A stretch of DNA of 64,000 nt from Heterodontus francisci (taxonomy: Eukaryota): assembly GCF_036365525.1 (NCBI RefSeq), contig NW_027140159.1:62001-126000 (forward strand). Direction: 5' to 3'. The notes beneath the pieces are model-generated. The model was not told the origin of the DNA, did no database searches, and saw nothing but the letters and a program-made list of their open reading frames with translations. Of the stretch, positions 60,571 to 64,000 are shown piece by piece. Position 1 is the first letter of the stretch, and each line of letters begins with the position of its first letter. A program made the translations under genes and the position numbers.

Positions 60571-61184
60571 AGCCTTACTCTTTCTCTGTTTCTTTCTCCT
60601 CATCTTTCACTATTTGCAACACACTTTCTCTGCTCTTTTTCTCCATCTTCCCATTCTGAGAACAAGTGTGAGAGACTGAGATAATGTACAGAGTGAGATA
60701 GCGATAGAGAGAGGGAAGGGGAGAGATTGACTTGGAAAGTGAGTAACAGAGAGAAGAAATGGGGTTTCAGAGAGTAAAACAGAGAGCAAGATAGAGATTG
60801 AGATGGAAGTAGATTACCATCAAAAAGAGATTACCAGAGATTACTTCTCTCTCGTGCTATTTGTTACCCTTTCCATCTATTTTTTCTCCCTCTATGCCGA
60901 TGTTTCACACACCGTGCCACTTTCTCGTATGTCTGTGTATACTGCAGTGAAAGATTACATCAGATTATTATGTTTTACATTTGCTCTTTCAATGTAATCT
61001 AATAATCTCGCTGCTGGGAACAGATGAACGTTGCAGTGATTGTCAACTGATTCCTGAGGGTAACAGGACAGGTGGATCAGGTGGTGAAGAAGGCTTACGG
61101 GATACTTTCCTTTCTTAGTCGATGTATAGAATATAAAAGCTGAGAGGTTATACTAGAACTGTATAAAACAAAATTTAGAGCACA

Positions 61185-61650
61185 GTGACAAAGGGAGACA
61201 GAGGGAGAGAAAGAGAGAGAGGGTGAGACAGAGGGAGGGAGAGAAATTGAGGGAGAGAGATACAGAGAGAGAGGGATATTCATAAAGAAAGAGGGAGAGC
61301 GAGAGGCAGTGATGGTGTGAGAGAGAGATAAATAGAGTCATGGGCAGAGAGAGACAGAGAGGGAGAGAGAGGCACACAGAAAGAAACAGAGAGAGATGGA
61401 GAGGCAGAGAGAGCGAGAGACATGGAGAGAGAGAGACACACACAGAGAAACAGAGATAGAGGGAGGGACTGGGTAAGACAGGGAGAGGGAAATGCAGATA
61501 CAGGGGGAGATGAAGTGGCGGAGATGAACAGGCAGACAGTGGGATAATGAGGCAAAGACAGACAGAGAGAGGGAGAGACAGTGATAGAGAAATATAATGA
61601 AAGAGTCAGAGTTGGGGGATAGACAGCGACAGAGGGAGAGCGCTAGAGAG
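61185..61650. repeat. Degenerate (GA)n/(GACA)n microsatellite
   Basis: A purine-rich GA run leading into the gap. Confidence 0.85.
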
Positions 61651-61837
61651 NNNNNNNNNNNNNNNNNNNNNNNNNNNNNNNNNNNNNNNNNNNNNNNNNN
61701 NNNNNNNNNNNNNNNNNNNNNNNNNNNNNNNNNNNNNNNNNNNNNNNNNNNNNNNNNNNNNNNNNNNNNNNNNNNNNNNNNNNNNNNNNNNNNNNNNNNN
61801 NNNNNNNNNNNNNNNNNNNNNNNNNNNNNNNNNNNNN
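61651..61837. other. Assembly gap (187 N)
   Basis: Run of N. Confidence 0.99.
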
Positions 61838-62044
61838 GAGTGACAGAAGAAGATTTTAATTTCCAAAAGACATAAGGTCAATCTTAGATATAGAAATGAA
61901 CAATTGATTTAGTATCAATGGGCGCTTACAGAAGACAATTCCAAACTTAGACACCTTTCGCGTGTGCAGCTGTTTCCTAACTTCATTTCTGCAAGGTCTG
62001 CCTCTATCTTTCAGGCTTTACTCGCTGGTCCCAGACACCCGAAA

Positions 62045-63000
62045 CATAAAGATGGACTGTAAAAGTTGCTATAGGTACGTAAAATGGAAACGTTTGGCTA
62101 AGACAAATGTGGGTCGATGACAGGCAGAGTCAGAAGAATTTATAATGGGGAATAGAAATGGCAGTGAAGCTAAATGATTAATTTGTGGTTGTCTTTATTG
62201 AGGATGATACAAGGGACTAGGGAGAATGAGGAATTGAAGGAAATTATTATTAGTAAGAAGGTTGTATTGGAGCAACGCTGAAGGTTGAAAAGTCCCCAGG
62301 ACCTGATATTCTACATGCAACAGTGTTGAAAGAGTTCGCTCTGGAGATCATGGATGCACTGGTGATCATCTTCCAAAATGCTACAGTTTCTGGAGCCGTT
62401 CCTGCAAATTGGAAGGTAACACATATCACCCCACTATTTAAGGAAGAATGGAGACAGAAAACGGAATTACAGACCTGTTAGCTTTATATCAGTCGTTGGG
62501 AAATGTTAGAATCTATTCTAAAGGAGGTGATAAATGGATATTTGGATAATAATGATCTGATTGGGCATAGTCAACATGGATTTCCGAATGGAAAATCATG
62601 TTTGACGAATCTGTTGGAGTTTTTTGAGGATGTTAGTAACATAATTGATAAAGGAGATTGGTTGATCTGGTAGACTTGGATTTTCAGAATGCTTCTGATA
62701 AAGTCCCCCATAGGAGGTTGGTTATCAAAATTAAAGTACATGGGATATGAGGTTATATACTGGCATGGATTAAGGATTGGTTAATAGGCAGAAAACAGAC
62801 ATTAGAATAAACAGGTCATTCTCGCATTGGCAGGCTGTGCCAGCAAGGATCAGTACTAGGGCCCCAGTTATTCACAATGTATATGAATTATTTGGATGTA
62901 GGGACAAAATGCAAAATTTCCAAATTCGCAGATGACAAAACTTGGGAAAGTGTGTTGCGTGGAAGATGCAATTCGGCTTCAAGGGGAATTGGGCCGGCAT
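62045..63000 (+). mobile_element. Decayed CR1 RT fragment
   Basis: KSPGPD, NYRPVS, SQHGF, DFQ.A.DKVPH and ISKFADD remnants. Confidence 0.85.
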
Positions 63001-63890
63001 TAAAATAAATGCAATCCAGCCTTGCAATATTCACTTCTGCATGAACAGATCTATATTTGCTATGCCTTCGAGACTGACTTCGTTTCTCTTCTATATTAGG
63101 CTATGCACCACTACCCCCACCCCTCACCCCCCTCGCCCCCCGGCTACTGTACCTCCACTCTATCACATCCGCCAGCTCAATTAGAATAATCCCGCCACAA
63201 AACCTCCCTTCAAGGATGTTGGTCCCATTCCGGTTCAGGTGCAACCCGTCCGACATGTACAGGGTCCACCTTCTCCAGAAACAGACCCAATGATCCAGGA
63301 AACTAAAGCCCTCCTTCATCCACCATCTCTTCAGCCACACCTTCATTTGGTCTATCCTCCTATTCCTATACTCACGAGCACGTTGCACAGGGAGTAATCC
63401 AGAGATTACAACCTTCGAGGTCCTGCTTTTCTATCTGCTACATAGCTCACTAAATTCTTGTTGCAGGACCTCATCCTTCTTTCTACTTATGTCGTCGCTA
63501 CCAATGTGAACCACAACCTCTGACTATTCACCCTTCCCCTTCAGAATGTCCTGCAGTGGCTCTGTGACATCTTTGACCCTAGCACCAAGGAGGCAAGATA
63601 CCATCCTGAAGTCGCGTCTGCAGCCACAAAAATACCTATCTATGCTGCTTACGATAGCCACCCCTACACTATAACTCTGCCACTTTTTTTCATTCCCTCC
63701 TTTGCAGCTGAGCCACCCGTGGTGCCACAGACTTGGCTTTTGTTGCATTCTGCTAAGAAGCTATCTTACCCAACAGTATCCTGAGGAGAAAATCTATTAG
63801 AGAGGGAGAAGGAGCCTGGGGACTCTGCACTGCCTGCCTAGTTCGTCTACTCTGCCTGGAGGTTACCCATTCCCTTTTTGCCTGAAATAG
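63000..63890 (-). mobile_element. Decayed CR1 ORF1 esterase and ORF2 start
   Basis: MVSCLLGARVKDV and WLKRW..KEGFSFLDHW...DGLHLNR.GTN motifs. Confidence 0.85.
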
Positions 63891-64000
63891 AGAGGGAGAG
63901 ATTTCCAGTATGAGTAAATCTCGAGCACTCTGTCCATGCGTATCCACACTTTTCTCTGTTACTCTCTTTCCATTGATAATTCCCCCTCTCTCCCAACGTT

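Noticed and set aside
61095-61881. Ser/Leu-rich and X-containing ORFs
   Set aside because: Artefacts of the GA microsatellite and the assembly gap.

Overview
This is eukaryotic vertebrate DNA, very probably from a shark or other cartilaginous fish, judging by HE1-type SINEs, Deu-domain SINE fragments, esterase-ORF1 CR1 LINEs and a GPR139-like receptor. No prokaryotic features are present. The only host gene supported is a two-exon GPR139-like class A GPCR on the minus strand (exon 1 23425-23491, exon 2 582-1492, intron about 21.9 kb), which carries one in-frame premature stop just before TM7. Most of the rest is retroelements: many CR1 copies (some nested, one with an intact RT ORF), Penelope-like elements with minimal hammerhead ribozyme motifs, two RTE LINEs, a solo LTR, SINEs and a full-length decayed Tx1 element. 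Tandem arrays include about 42 copies of a 90-bp unit just upstream of the GPCR start and a 69-bp repeat. The most notable observation is that the Tx1 element sits inside the 69-bp repeat and carries a piece of that repeat between two A-tracts at its 3' end, which suggests a target-specific retrotransposon. Boundaries of decayed repeats are approximate, and family names come from motif recognition, not database searches.
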